The notes under the pieces were generated by a model that did no database searches, was not told the origin of the DNA, and saw only the letters and a program-made list of their open reading frames with translations. Of a stretch of DNA of 64,000 nucleotides, positions 36,636-48,819 are shown in pieces. Each line of letters begins with the position of its first letter. The stretch's first letter is position 1. The translations under genes were made by a program, and so were the position numbers. Source of the DNA: Eutreptiella sp. 'Long Island Sound 2002' (lineage: Eukaryota > Protista > Euglenida); assembly GCA_964036045.1 (NCBI GenBank), contig OZ038378.1:190216001-190280000 (forward strand), given 5' to 3'.

Positions 36636-36755
36636 GTCCGCGCGGCGGCGGTGGTCTGCCTGTCGTCATTCTTGCAATACGTGGACCCCTTCGGTGGGGA
36701 GCAGGACATGCAGAAGCTCAACACCAACATCGACGTGATCCAGCAGTTGTTGCTG
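36636..36755 (+). CDS. RPTOR: Raptor exon o: VRAAAVVCLSSFLQYVDPFGGEQDMQKLNTNIDVIQQLLL
   Basis: ctcag| ... |gtgtgc; matches VRCAAVFALGTF. Confidence 0.92.
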
Positions 36756-37085
36756 GTGTGCCTGCGGGCGTGGGGCGCGTGCCGATCCGGTGAGCAGGAG
36801 GCCTCTAAGAAGCCTGAATTTTTCGTTTTTGTTGCTAAGGACCGCCCTTAAGGACCGCCCCCAGGGACCGCCAACCACCAGCCGCCACCAACCGCCAATC
36901 ACGAACTGCTGCCAACTGCCACCAACCGCCAACCGCCAACCGCCAACCCCCACCAACCACCAACCGCCAACCACGAACCCTCGCCAACCGCCACCTACCG
37001 CCACCAACCGCCAACTGCCCACAGCAGAGATCAGTCATTTGCTGAAGGTGGGGTCTGCCCCACAGGGGGGGGGGGGGGGGCACAG

Positions 37086-37784
37086 ACACACAGAATGCGG
37101 GAGCCACACCAGGAGGGACAAGGGCGAGCACAGCAGACAAGGAGGAGGGGCACAGCAAGGCAGGAGAGGCAACCAGAACAGCGGGAACAGGGAACCAGAA
37201 TGGAGGGGATGAGAGAGCGTGCGCATGGGAGGCAGCGACAACAAAAGGGATGGCCTGGCCAGCCAGCCCCGTCGCTACCGGGTGCCAGGGCAACCCCTGC
37301 TCAACCGGCATCAGGTGGGGGGTGTCTCCCGCAGCCCAGATGGGCTGTTTGCAAAACAGGAGCGGGAGCCCATCAGGGGCAGACCAGCCGTGAGGGGGAA
37401 AAGGACATATGGTGGACGGCCGGGACAGGGCACCTGGGCCTCACGCACACAGAACCACAGCGAGGCAGGCTATGGACGGCCTGTGGACAGAGGTACGTGG
37501 ACAGCGGAAAACAGTCAAACAACCCCGGCAACAACCAGCACATCCCCAATACGCCAACTATTGGGCGCCGCTGACGCGCAAACGGCACACCATGCCACAT
37601 TCAGCACAGCCCCAACACACCAAATACTGGGCTCCGCGAACGCGGACGCAACACCAGCAAGAGGACCGGCCGCAGCGGCCGACAGAAAGCAGCGACCCGA
37701 CGCAATATGCGAAGGGAAGAACGGGTGACTGTCCAGGGCCCCGTAAAGGAACAACAACCAGACGGAATGTCACACAGGGGGGGC
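37086..37784 (+). mobile_element. Second long copy of the 9197-9862 family
   Basis: Shared cacacagaa(c/t)gcgggagccacacca...gggaagaacgggtgactgtccagggccc...ggaatgtcacacagggg. Confidence 0.85.
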
Positions 37785-38098
37785 AAAGAAGAGTTTGTGT
37801 ACCTAAAATGGGCCTTTCACTGGCTCTCTATTCAAAATTTCATTTTTCCCGAGAGGAAATGTTTTTTGGGTTCTAGGGTGGGTGGGTCCAAAGAGAGAGC
37901 CATTTACCCCCTCCTCCGCCCCCTCGTTGGTAAGCAAATGACTGCTGTGGATAGATCCCTACACCAAATGCCCAGGTGACCACACTTGCGCCGCAACGAG
38001 TGGTTGCAACCCAATGGCCATCTGACAGTGCTTTCGTGCTGTGAACAAGCCGGTCCACTGTCGCTTGGGTGCGCTTGCACGTGCCTTCTTCCTTGCAG

Positions 38099-38174
38099 TC
38101 CCGATCGGATGCCAGTCCTTTGGTCCGATGTGAACTGGTGCACGCACTCATCATTTTGGTCATGCAGCATTTGG
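38099..38174 (+). CDS. RPTOR: Raptor exon p: SRSDASPLVRCELVHALIILVMQHL
   Basis: ttgcag| ... G|gtgtgg; matches SDGSPMVRKELVVALSHLV. Confidence 0.93.
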
Positions 38175-38189
38175 GTGTGGCAGTGCCTG

Positions 38190-38256
38190 ACAGGGCAGGG
38201 CAGGGCAGGGCCGGGCAGGGCAGGGACGGGCCGGGCAGGGCAGGGCAGGGCAGGGC
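38190..38256 (+). repeat. (GGGCA/GGGCC)n pentamer, G-quadruplex-capable
   Basis: Directly visible; related run at about 39176-39210. Confidence 0.85.
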
Positions 38257-38457
38257 CCCCGGGGGGGCAGCCGGGCCCGGTCCTTGTATGCGACCCCCCC
38301 CAGCCCCCCCCCCCCCCCCGGGTTTTGAGAGATAGTGGGCTGGGGACATGGCGCCAACGGCGCCCCCCTTTTTTCCGCCTGGCGCCAACGGCGCCCCCTT
38401 TTCTAGTGTGAGCGCCAGATTTCGCAAGACGAGGCGCTATACAAATGTCGTTTGTTG

Positions 38458-38732
38458 CCCAGACATGTTAACTGCAAACGTCAGCCCGCGGACAAGGGGC
38501 CCCTGGCGCGGGATGCTGCCACCCAGACATGTTAACTGCAAACGTCAGCCCGCGGACAAGGGGCCCCTGGCGCGGGATGCTGCCACCCACAATGTGAAAT
38601 GTGGGGTGTTCCACTTGTTTGTTTGACCCAGACATGTTAACTGCAAACGTCAGCCCGCGGACAAGGGGCCCCTGGCGCGGGATGCTGCCACCCACAATGT
38701 GAAATGTGGGGTGTTCCACTTGTTTGTTTGTT
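38458..38732 (+). repeat. Three identical 64-bp cores; copies 2 and 3 carry a 3' extension ending in (tttg)n
   Basis: cccagacatgttaactgcaaacgtcagcccgcggacaaggggcccctggcgcgggatgctgcca at 38458, 38522 and 38627. Confidence 0.95.
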
Positions 38733-40461
38733 TCACAACCCCGTGGGTTAGGGACTCATTTCTTTTAACCCCCAACTCTAACCAAGCCTCAGGAATTTTT
38801 CTCACAAACTAACCGGGGGGTGGGGGGCGAACAAGGGCGGAGGGGGAAGGGGGGAGGGGGGAGGGGGGCAACACGGCGACCCTTAAGACTTTCTTCTCGG
38901 CAATGACGAGAAAGCGCTATCATCGCATACATACCTCCGTACCCCCAACCCCCCAGACACACACCCCCCAGGAGGTATGCATGTGGTAATAGTGGGTCGC
39001 GCGCAAGCCCCCCCACCTTGGGAAACCCCCCCCACGGCCAAAATCCCCCCCCTACACCCCCCAGCTGACCCCCCCCCAGAACTACCCCCTGCCCCCCCCC
39101 CCCCCCCCCCCCCCCGAGTTTTGACAGATAGCTGGGGGGTGGGTCGCATCAGGACCGGTTGTAGTCGCCCCCCCGTGGCAGGGCCGGGCCGGGCAGGGCC
39201 GGGCAGGGCGTTGCATTGCATCATTTGGGCAGGCCCTAATCCAATCGCTTTGATGGGCCCGGGGGGCGTATGCAGCTCCCCATTCCAGAGGGCTGCTGTG
39301 AGGGGGGCATTGCAACCCCCCCGCTCCCCATCCGGACATCGGGGGGGACCTACCTGACCTTCGCGGCCTGGTAATGCATTGCGTTGTTTGTCCCGCGTGG
39401 GGCCCTTAGCGGTCCGGCCGGCCACCGAGCACACCATCCCTTCAGGACATCGCGCGGTCTTTGAACTGGAGGAGGACTTGCACTGGGGCCGCGCTCCTTC
39501 CGGATTGTTGGGGGCATTTCGAGGGGGGCGAATGGGATTGGGAAGGGGCGGGGGAGGGGGGGATGACCGGGATGCGCTCTAGGGGGAGGGGGGCTGGGGT
39601 GTGTGTGGAAGGCTGTGTGCAAAAGACGGTCCTGACGGTTGAAATCGCGGTTGGGAGGCTGTTTGTGGCGGGGGCAAAGCGGCTGGAGGGCTGTTGGGGG
39701 GGCGGACAGGGATTGTCGGCAGGGCTGAGGGTGGCTTCCAGGGAGAGCCTCGGGGACGGAGCCTGTCCCGATTCCGGGGGTGTGGGGGTAAGCAAAGCCT
39801 TTCATGCTCAACCCCCCGAGCCCCTGTGCGCAGTGGTCCGCAGGGTGTTGGGCGCTGTGGCCGGTTTACAAGGGCCACGATCGCCCGTGTAGCCCCCCCC
39901 CCCCCGCCCCCATGGCCGCTCGTAGAGACTGTGGAGGACGCCCCTTCGTTTAAGGGAGTCTCTCTCAGGGGCTCGATCAGGGATTTGCTTAGTGGGCCTC
40001 CTACGGGACGGGGGGGGGGTCTTGGAAATTTTGGGTGGGTGGGTGTCCAAACAACCCCCCCCCCGTGGGGGTGGGACAATTCTGGCTCCCTGGGTGTTAT
40101 GATGCATGGAATGGCAGGTTGCTGTACAACCAACAACAACTGTTGCAAAGCCAGCAACAACTTGGGAGACGTACAGGGATGCTATTGCAACAATTATTGA
40201 CAGTGAATAGACTGCTCATCCGGCTTCAGAAATTTGCTGAAATCTGGTGCAGTGCTCGTGATCTGTGTCCGGCTTTGGTGGCTGCCTGGGTGGGTGGGTG
40301 GGTCCTTGGCTGTCAAACACCCCCCCCCCCCCCCATGGGGGTGGGACATTTTTGGGTCCTTGGGTTTTCCCAAAATTTGGGTGGGTGGGTCTTGAAATTC
40401 ACCCCCCCCCCCCCCGTCACTACGCAAATCCCTGGGCTCGATGCATACATCCGCTTTGCAG

Positions 40462-40545
40462 AGTACTTCCGGCCCATGAATCCTGGTGCGCTCAGTGGGT
40501 TCATCCAGACGGAGGAGTCCAAGTACAACATCACGCATTCCCCAA
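40462..40545 (+). CDS. RPTOR: Raptor exon q: (E)YFRPMNPGALSGFIQTEESKYNITHSP
   Basis: ttgcag| ... A|gtatgt; phase 1 at both ends fits neighbours; poorly conserved region. Confidence 0.75.
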
Positions 40546-40572
40546 GTATGTGCCGCCCCCCCCCCCCCAGCC

Positions 40573-40758
40573 CAGGGAAGTATTAGAATGGCCGTACACC
40601 CCAGAAGGAGGGGGGGGGGTACCCCCCACCCCCCTCCCCCCCGCCCCCACCAAAGTGACCACAGTTGGAAAAAGTGAAATTAACAAAAGGGAAAATCGTG
40701 TTGGGCCATTTTCGGTACACAAATTTTTGCCCCCCGCCCCCCTTCTAATACTTCCCTG
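40573..40758. mobile_element. hAT-type MITE, same family as 20456 and 31873
   Basis: Perfect 16-bp TIR; TSD degenerate (ccccagcc / gcccagcg). Confidence 0.88.
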
Positions 40759-41089
40759 GCCCAGCGCACTCTCTCCCTCGCCGCAACCGACAGGAACCGC
40801 CCCCAACCGCTAGGGCAACCACCTCCAACCGCACGCCTAACCTCCGGAACTCCCTCTGATCTGAGGCTCCCTTCCTCGTCATGCATCCCTGGCCATGGGG
40901 CAGGTGCCTTCCCCCCTTCCGATGCACCCCTGGCCATGGCCATCTCTGCAACTGCGAGGGCGGAAGTCTCAGGGCCCAGGGGCACAGGAGCAGTGCTTGT
41001 CTCGGCCGAGCTCGGACGAAACGGTGAGGCGCCGGTTGGGGCCTGACGCTGGAGGGCCTGTGAGGGGCCAGGGAACGGCTGGGGGAGGC

Positions 41090-41498
41090 TAGGGAAGTCG
41101 GGTTTTCAACTCGGGGGTTCAATAGAGCCCACCGAAACTGGGGGAGGGGGGGGGGGTTGGGAAAAGGGCTCTAGTGACAGGACCATTGATCAGTTGTCAT
41201 GAACTCTGGCGCCGAAGGCGCCGAAAATTGTTTTCAGCATTTGAAAATGGTCAATTTTTTTTTCCACCATTCTTTGGCAAATGATGACTTTTCTGAACCC
41301 CCTCAACGCGCTGATTCCAAAAGTCCCGGTTTCACTTTTTGCCGAATTTTGGGTCCGGGTCACCTTCAGAGCCCGGGGGTCAGTCTCGGTAGGATTTTGG
41401 GGGGCCCGTCAATTGAGCCCTTCTTTGGCGGGGGGGGGGGTCTAGCCAGTGGGCTGTTTCGACCCCAGCCCCCGGATTTGAAAGCCCGCCCACCCCTG
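41090..41498. mobile_element. MITE of about 400 bp (ggcgccgaaggcgccgaaaatt family)
   Basis: Ends tagggaagtcgggttttcaa / ttgaaagcccgcccacccctg; homologous to 28650-29003, 25985-26215 and (inverted) 25560-25710. Confidence 0.8.
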
Positions 41499-42023
41499 GT
41501 GACCTTGCAGCCTCCCCAAGGCGCCTGCAGTGCTCCGTGGTACTGCACCGAGAGTGTGGGGTATTGCGGGGCAGGAATTGGCGTGTTCCCAACCGCCGGT
41601 GTCAAACTTCGGGTTCCAACCCTCGACCTCGGGGTCCCGCGGCCTCACTCACGGCGCCGGTCTGCTCATGTGCCCCGGCCTCTCCAAGGGCGGGGTCCCC
41701 AGAAACAGGGGGAGGGAGGGGGGGGCACAGGCCTATCAGGCGGTGTGTGCATAAGGTCAGCCTTACATGGTGCACTTCACTTTTCTCCTGCCAAACCTTT
41801 GATGCGGATGCGTGGGTGCGTCCAGGGGTCGGCTGGCGCCCTCCGACCCCCCCCCCCCGCCTCCTCTGTCTATCCCATTACAATTGGCACTCCAATGGTT
41901 GTGTAGCCGCTGGTTCCTGCCCCCAAACCGCTTTCCCAACCGTCGGCAACCGGTCTTCCACGCTGGCCTCGCTCTCCTTCAAGTACAGTGCCCCATTGCT
42001 GCATTTCGACTGGCTTTTTGCAG

Positions 42024-42066
42024 CTGACGGCAGAGGCAATCTCGCAGGATCTCTGGACGCCATTAG
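42024..42066 (+). CDS. RPTOR: Raptor exon r (43 nt): (T)DGRGNLAGSLDAI(S)
   Basis: tttgcag| ... AG|gtatgt; supplies the phase 1-to-2 change needed between exons q and s. Confidence 0.65.
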
Positions 42067-42320
42067 GTATGTGGTGCCGCAGATTCTTGTGTTCTTCTCA
42101 ACCCGTTTGCACCCCCTATGCTCCTATCCAGCTTGTGCCAACCCTCTCCAACCCACTCCCAACCCTATCCAACCCTATCCAATATGACCCAACGCATTTC
42201 CGAATCTACCCCACCCCTTTCCAATCCTCTGCGGGTGCACAACATCCAGTTTCCAGTGGCAAAACCCCACGGTTCTGAACCAGAAACACCGCGAACAGAA
42301 AGGCGCTTGCCCGTCATCTT

Positions 42321-43007
42321 TCAGAGGACGGTTTTCGGTTGACAAGCCGTTCTGTTTTGCATTTGTTTCATACTGGCCGACCGACTGTTTGATGAAACAA
42401 GGATAAGGTCCAATTTGTGCTTCGCCATCTCCTTGAGAAGATGAAGCTCTCGAGCTTCACTCACCGAAGGTGATCGACGACAATTGCATTGTGTCAAGGG
42501 CATTCCAACTTTAGAATCACTTGTTTCAGATGGGCTATTGTTTTCTTTGGTGAGAAGCGGCCTTTTTACAGTCAATGGGTCGTGCATTATCAGCCATTTG
42601 CTTACTATTTGGAGGGTCGGCATGCCTTTTTCTGTTGGGCTTCCACAAATGGGTTGGACCGTTTTGTGTGTCACCAACGTTTTTGGTTTCAGCACCCACC
42701 CACTCAGACACCCCGTCTCCATTTTCAAGTTGCTCGCTTGCAAGAGCCACAACCTGAGCCTGACCCCATCGCCCCCCCCCCCCCCCCTCTCATAAAACCC
42801 GGATGAAAAGACAATTTGTTCAATTTTTGCGGGTGTCCCCCTCTTTGGCATCTTTGTTGTCCTTCCTTTGACCTTCTTGCGAATACCTTGACACCATGTG
42901 CATAATCTTGAGCCAAGAACACCCAACGCCGCGTGTGTTTCAATAGCCAAATCTTCGACTTTCGAGGATCTTCGGATTCTGCCCTTCAAACTGTTGCTTC
43001 TTATCAT
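42321..43007 (-). pseudogene. Possible LINE ORF2 APE-endonuclease N-terminal remnant
   Basis: LTQCNCRR...ELHLLKEMAKHKLDLILVS resembles the TWNVR...L..EM....LDI..LSE start of APE domains. Confidence 0.3.
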
Positions 43008-43946
43008 AGATGTGCACGCTTATATTTGTGTTTGGGAGGATGGGTTGGTGGGTGAACCAGTGGTATCGCACCCCCCCCCCCCGCCCGCCCCTCTGCTCAG
43101 CCACACAGGGTCTTGTGTGCTTCAGCTTTAACCAGCAGGCAAAATTAACTAGCACCATTCCTCCCGTTGCATGGCACTGTTCCTACGCCATTGGTCAGAT
43201 TTTGGCACTGTCCCTGCACCGCTGTCCACTGCACTGCCGTTCCTGCACTGTGCTGTGGTACCGATCACAGACGTCCCTCTTGTTTTCTCTCGCCCTTTCC
43301 CTCTTTGGCGCGCTCCGCGCTCTCGTTGTTCTTTGTTGTAACCCTCCCTCCGTTTCGGGTACCCAGTTTGCCTGAATCAGCCCGAATCGGTGGATTTCTG
43401 GCAGTAGCGGCAAAACAGACCATGAAGGTTTCTGTGTTGTGGTGAGAAATACCTCGGTGCAACTGCTGCTCAACATGTTAACGAGTATGGCAAGTATGGG
43501 CTGTACAGCAACAACAGGGTACTGTTGTGTTGGGCTTTGTTTTTGAACAAAAAAAAACCAGTTTTACCACCAGGCTACTAGTCTAAGGCAGGTCATAAAA
43601 ATCTGCACAGCAGGGTTTGAACCATGTTCTTTGGTATGGCAGTCAGGCACACACACCACTAGGGACTAGGGGACTGCACATCTCTGATACACAAATGCTA
43701 ATGGAGGGCATAAATACCAAAGAGTGCGATTCTTTTCCCAACAATCTGCCATATTTGGGTTTCCAAAGGACTGCAAGTGCACAACAACCGAACAGAAGGT
43801 GTTTTTGGGCCCTCCCACAGTGTGGGGATAGCAAACGCCACCCTCCTGCCCTGGTTTATCCCAATTTAACCCCGCCCGAATCAGTGGACCCCCCCCCCCG
43901 AAACAATAAGGTAGCGTGTTCCCGGCGCGTTGCGTTGCAAGCTCCG

Positions 43947-43982
<36 letters not shown>

Positions 43983-44384
43983 CTCCTCCTCCTTTTTCTC
44001 TCCAGTCCTCTTGCTCTTGGGTATGGGCGTGTTTCACAATGCCGTTACCGGCTGTTTCCTTGTCCTACATCTAATCTCTTCTCCCTGGCGCGTTCCACGC
44101 TCCGGCCTCTCTTGTGCTGTCTGCTCTGGGCAGACGTGCCCCACATGCCCTTGTGCCGTCACATGACGCTCCGTGCTCCCGCTTGGCGCTCGTGCACTCT
44201 GTGCTACGCTGTTCCTCAGATTTTTTTCTGCATCGTTCCTGCACCGCTCGGAACGGTGCTATTTTCCCTGCTGGCGTTGACCTTTGTTTCAAGTTTGTTC
44301 AGATGCAGGGAACCCCTGACCTCAAATAAGTTTCTCTGATGGGGGCTCAGTCCATCAAAGCAACAGGCGGGGCCGTACATTTTC

Positions 44385-44535
44385 GGCATGCATGTGTGGC
44401 GGCATGCCATCTCACCTTTCACTTTTGGTTGGCGCGCGGGTGTGTGTGCCCAGAGGCTGGGATGCATAACCCTGGTGGGGGACGGACGTCTACGCCCAGG
44501 AACCTTGGTTGTTAATCCCTTTCAAGATGGCTCGA
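44385..44535 (+). repeat. Dispersed repeat whose second copy (minus strand, 52670-53570) is split by insertions
   Basis: 44385-44425 matches the reverse complement of 53520-53570; 44440-44535 matches the reverse complement of 52670-52760. Confidence 0.8.
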
Positions 44536-46146
44536 TCATGAAAGATGTTTTGAGTTCTTTTTCCCTAAAAAAAAAAAACAACCACAACCCAATGAGACGC
44601 GACAGTGCTGATCTGAGTTAGGGACCTTCGTGCTGTTGGCTGGCCCTAGTGCCATGGGTACATCGCGTCAAGAAATCACCCACTGTTTGCCTGGCCCCAC
44701 CGCCTCTTCAATACCACTGACTGACCTCGACCATGGCCGATTTACCTGGTCCCCCACGGTACGGACTGTGGATCCATGGCTGACATCGGCAGTATTTGAT
44801 GCCACAATCGAAAATTAATTTTGTGATTTATTAATTCTTTTTCTTCCAAACCAAACCACTAAACCTATTGTCATGAATTGTTTTAATTGCAATTTTTTTT
44901 CTATTTTCAAAATATATCCCAGACTGAAATACTTTTTCCCACCATTTTGGTCTTCAGCAAAATTGATTTTCTGATTTGTTTGAAAAAAAAATGTAGCATT
45001 ATATTTGTACATTATAATCCTGATAGAAAATAGGCTATGAAGAGTTATAGAATATAAGTCTTCTATTTTTGGCGCATCCACCACAACCGCCGTAAAGTCG
45101 CATTCAACAAATATTCGCCGGGTCGCATTTGGTTGCATTATTTGGTTGCATTAGTGGCGCCCATACGATTGCCTGCCGTCCCCTGCCACTCCACGCTGCG
45201 GCACATATGGCCTGGGGCACGGACGTACCACTGCTTCTGTCAGGGAGTCTCCGATGCGCGTGGCCGAGGCGCTGGTCCAGGGCGAGTTCAATCAGGCGGG
45301 CGAAAGGTGTGTGATGCTGATGAACGTGATATGCGTTTGTCTGTCAGACCGTAGGCGTGCAAGCGTCGGTTGGCGGCTCTTTGGTCAGTCGGTCGAGCAA
45401 CCAGGGCACCGAGGGGATTGCAGGCAGATGTCCGTTAATTGCAGTGGCCGGCACCCCATCGCGGCAGCCACGTGGCTGAATGCCTGGAGGTGCAGCGCAT
45501 CGCTGAGGGGTGCCCCTTGCTGACCTGCACCTCCCGGGTCCTGTGTGTCATTGCCAACATCATCTCCGGTGGAGAGCCCCCTCCAACCTCCACGGTCATG
45601 GGAAAGACAGATTGTGGAGTCTCTGCAGAGGAATGGGCGCCATGGGGGCATTGATGCTGCCATGGTGGGCAGTGGGACCAACATTACACTGTGGTCCACA
45701 GAACGGCGCTTTGCCTCCCCCACCACAAACACACACAAGCGACTGACAAAAGCAGACAAATTCTGTCGCATGCGCCATCTCTGTTGATCCGGCAGATCTC
45801 GCATTGCTGGGTGTGATTCGAATCGAGTCCAAGGCTGGGGATTGTTGAGCACGAGATGACACCGTACTCACCGTGCACAGTTCCCCACTAGCAATGCCGT
45901 ATAATCGTAACCCAGGGCAGTTCACACCGGCCGTACTACACGATGCCCAACCAGCTTTTATGGAACGCCCCCCAGGTGCAGATTCACGTGCTCCAGCTAT
46001 TGATTCGGACAGCCCCCTTCGCATACGGTTGGAATGGCAAGCTCACATGCGTACCCACAGTGACGCGGCCGGTGAGGGTGAGGGGTTATGGAGCGGGCTC
46101 CCAATCTCAACGGCCCCAGGATGGTCTTGTTCTGTCTCTGTTGCAG

Positions 46147-46264
46147 TGACCCTGAAACGCTGCATATGCACCTTCAAATCGTGCGATCGGTGGTGTTGCT
46201 GGCCAATGACCCAGTGCCCAGCGTTTGCACAGTGGCCACGCAATTGCTGAAGTTCATCAAAGAG
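46147..46264 (+). CDS. RPTOR: Raptor exon s: DPETLHMHLQIVRSVVLLANDPVPSVCTVATQLLKFIKE
   Basis: ttgcag| ... |gtgcgt; matches QIWRVLLHLAADPYPEVSDVAMKVL. Confidence 0.92.
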
Positions 46265-46316
46265 GTGCGTGCTGTGACAGGAGTGCTCTGGCAGGGTTTG
46301 GGCGGTACACTCGCGA

Positions 46317-46380
46317 CAGTACAGTGCAGTACAGTACAGAACAGTGCAGTGCAGTCCAGTGCAGTACAGTACAGTACAGC
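46317..46380 (+). repeat. (CAGTA/CAGTG)n pentamer microsatellite
   Basis: Directly visible. Confidence 0.85.
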
Positions 46381-48537
46381 CAGATCTAACCAAACTTCCA
46401 CTGGCTGCGGTCTCTGGCCGGATTTCCCATCCCAACATCTGGATGGTTGCCGTTGACCTTATCCATAGCAGCTAGCCCCAGGTGGCTCAAGGTACCAAGG
46501 TTCCACTTGTTGGGGAGGTTGAGCTCTTGGAGTGCCCAAGCCATGGCCCAAGCCTTGTTTGTCTCCCTATGGGTATGGCATGCTAGCCTAAGCCTTCAGT
46601 ACACATAGCGCGGGTTTGATTCGATTTTTTTGTCCGCACAGGGAATATTCCGCACCTACACTGAAAACATGCGGGGAAACTTCTGCATCAATTTGAATGA
46701 CAGAATTTTCCCTGCGGAAAAATCCCCCTGCTGAACCCCCCCCCCCCCTGTACACACAACCTGTTGTCAGTGGGCGCACTCCTTGTGCCCTTGAGGGCCG
46801 GCAGCAATCACCTCACATACGGTGAAGTTCAGTTCTCTGATAATTCAGACGTTTCAAGAATTATTGCTGACTGCTTTGCTGTATTGTGTGTCTTTTGGGG
46901 ATGGCAATCCCAGGATCCTCTCCTTTCCAGTGCGCTCAAGATTTAGGAGGTGCGGAATTCCCTGTGCAGAAATTCCCCTGCGGAAAATCCCCCACCCCTG
47001 TACACCTTGGATTCAAAAAGGATCCAAAAAGGATACCACCTTTGGCAGACACACACATAGTGCTATGCTCCCAAGGTGGCTCCAGCTGCCAGATTCCAAA
47101 CATTATTATGGTGCAAACAGAGCCGTGGAGAGGTGGTGTCTAATAGTGAACGCGATTGGTGGCTTCAAAAATGCCTGGGCATCACATACACACGTGCACG
47201 CGGGCGCATACACAAGCACGCAAACACCACACACACACACACACAGTGTGGCAGTGTACTGCCAGATTTCCACTGCCCACTGCCCCGTGCAATGTAACAA
47301 GGTACTATCAGTATCGCATTGCCCAATGCCGTGTGTTATGTACAAAATATTCCCCCACTAATGCCCCGTGCATTGTGGTACTGCAAAGAAGGATTTCTCG
47401 TGCCCGCTGCCCCTTCCCCATTGTGGCATTGCACCAAAGGATGTCTGCCGCCCACTGCCCCCTACAGTGCAGCATTGTACAGGGTGGTTCCTACTGCCCA
47501 CTGCCCCTTGCACTGTGACGTGACAGTGTAGTATAGGATGCTACTTCAGCACGGTGAGGTGGAGCTGGCGCGCATGACCAGCACTCAGGGCCGGCTGCTC
47601 CCTCACTGTACTGCAGACATGCGGGTGTGGAGGGCCCATGGAGAGGCGCCAAGCATGCGTGGGTGTGCGAGCTTGCGTACGCGTGTGTATGTTTGAGTGT
47701 GTGCATGTCTGTTTGTGTCTCTGTGGGTGTGGGTGTGCCTGTGGGTTTTTGGTGTCTACTTGCTTGTGTGTGTGTGTGTGTGTGTGTCTGTGTGTGTGCC
47801 GATGCTGCATGGGTATTGGTTGGCAATCAAAACACGGACCTCTCCAAGATCAATTTGGGTCTGAGGTCGGCAGGAAGGGGTGCACTGCACTTTGGACTTC
47901 ACCACCGCACTCCATCCAACTTCAACAGACGGAAAGACATCTAGGGCTGCCCTGCAGCTCCTGGGGATTTTTTTTTTCACAGCTCTTCTTGCTTTGTTCC
48001 TGTCTGCGTGGTTCCTAACGTGTGTATGCCAATGTATCACGTATTTGCCCCTGGTTTCCCGCACGATGTGTGTGTGCCAAAGGCACTGTTGCCAAAAGGC
48101 AATGGACCGGGTGTCATGCCCACTGGAAAAGGCAGACAGGTGGGCCCTGAGCCTAACCCTGAATTGAGCCCTGCGGCAAGGGCTGGCAGCGGTGCAGGGC
48201 CCGTCCCTGTGCAGACCTGTTTGCCCTTGTGGCATCGGTCGGATGAGACACATACATGCACGCATGCACATACACACTGGTTTTGCATGTTGACTGCGGG
48301 GGTTGGAGACTCTGACCTCCAACGCCAGACCCAGTGCAAGCTAGGGAATGCCCTGCGGGCGAAGGAACTGAATGGAGCAGGGCAGGGCAGCTTTGTGTGT
48401 TTAGAGTCCAGAAGCTGTGAATCAGTGTGCTCAGGCTCTCTGCAGGGCCCACATGAACTCCAAACTGATGGTTCTGCAGTACAGTAGGATGGTAGGAATG
48501 TTGAACCTCGCAGTTTGAGCATGATTGAATGGATTCC

Positions 48538-48539
<2 letters not shown>

Positions 48540-48604
<65 letters not shown>

Positions 48605-48640
48605 ACACAAACACACACACATGCACACACACACGCACAT
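48540..48640. repeat. (CA)n microsatellite
   Basis: Directly visible. Confidence 0.95.
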
Positions 48641-48692
48641 ACCGTTCAGCGTGTCCAGTGGGTGATGTTACCTGTAATGCAATGTCCTGCAG

Positions 48693-48819
48693 CTGACCCG
48701 AGATGCCGAAGACAGCCGGGTCACTCCGCCAGGGAGCGTAGGCATCCCCGCATCAGACAGCAATCTCAGTAAACAAGCATCGCAGGGACGGTCTCCGTAC
48801 AGCACCGGGTGCGCGGAAG
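48693..48819 (+). CDS. RPTOR: Raptor linker exon t: LTRDAEDSRVTPPGSVGIPASDSNLSKQASQGRSPYSTGCAE
   Basis: ctgcag| ... G|gtgtgc; open and phase-compatible; Ser/Pro-rich linker with no direct homology check. Confidence 0.6.

Noticed and set aside
38458-38732. CRISPR-like identical repeats
   Set aside because: The 64-bp unit is too long, and the spacers are either absent or identical.
29264-40573. Preferential MITE insertion next to donors (about 27 bp after exons k and q)
   Set aside because: Repeat density is so high that two close cases are expected; this needs genome-wide statistics.
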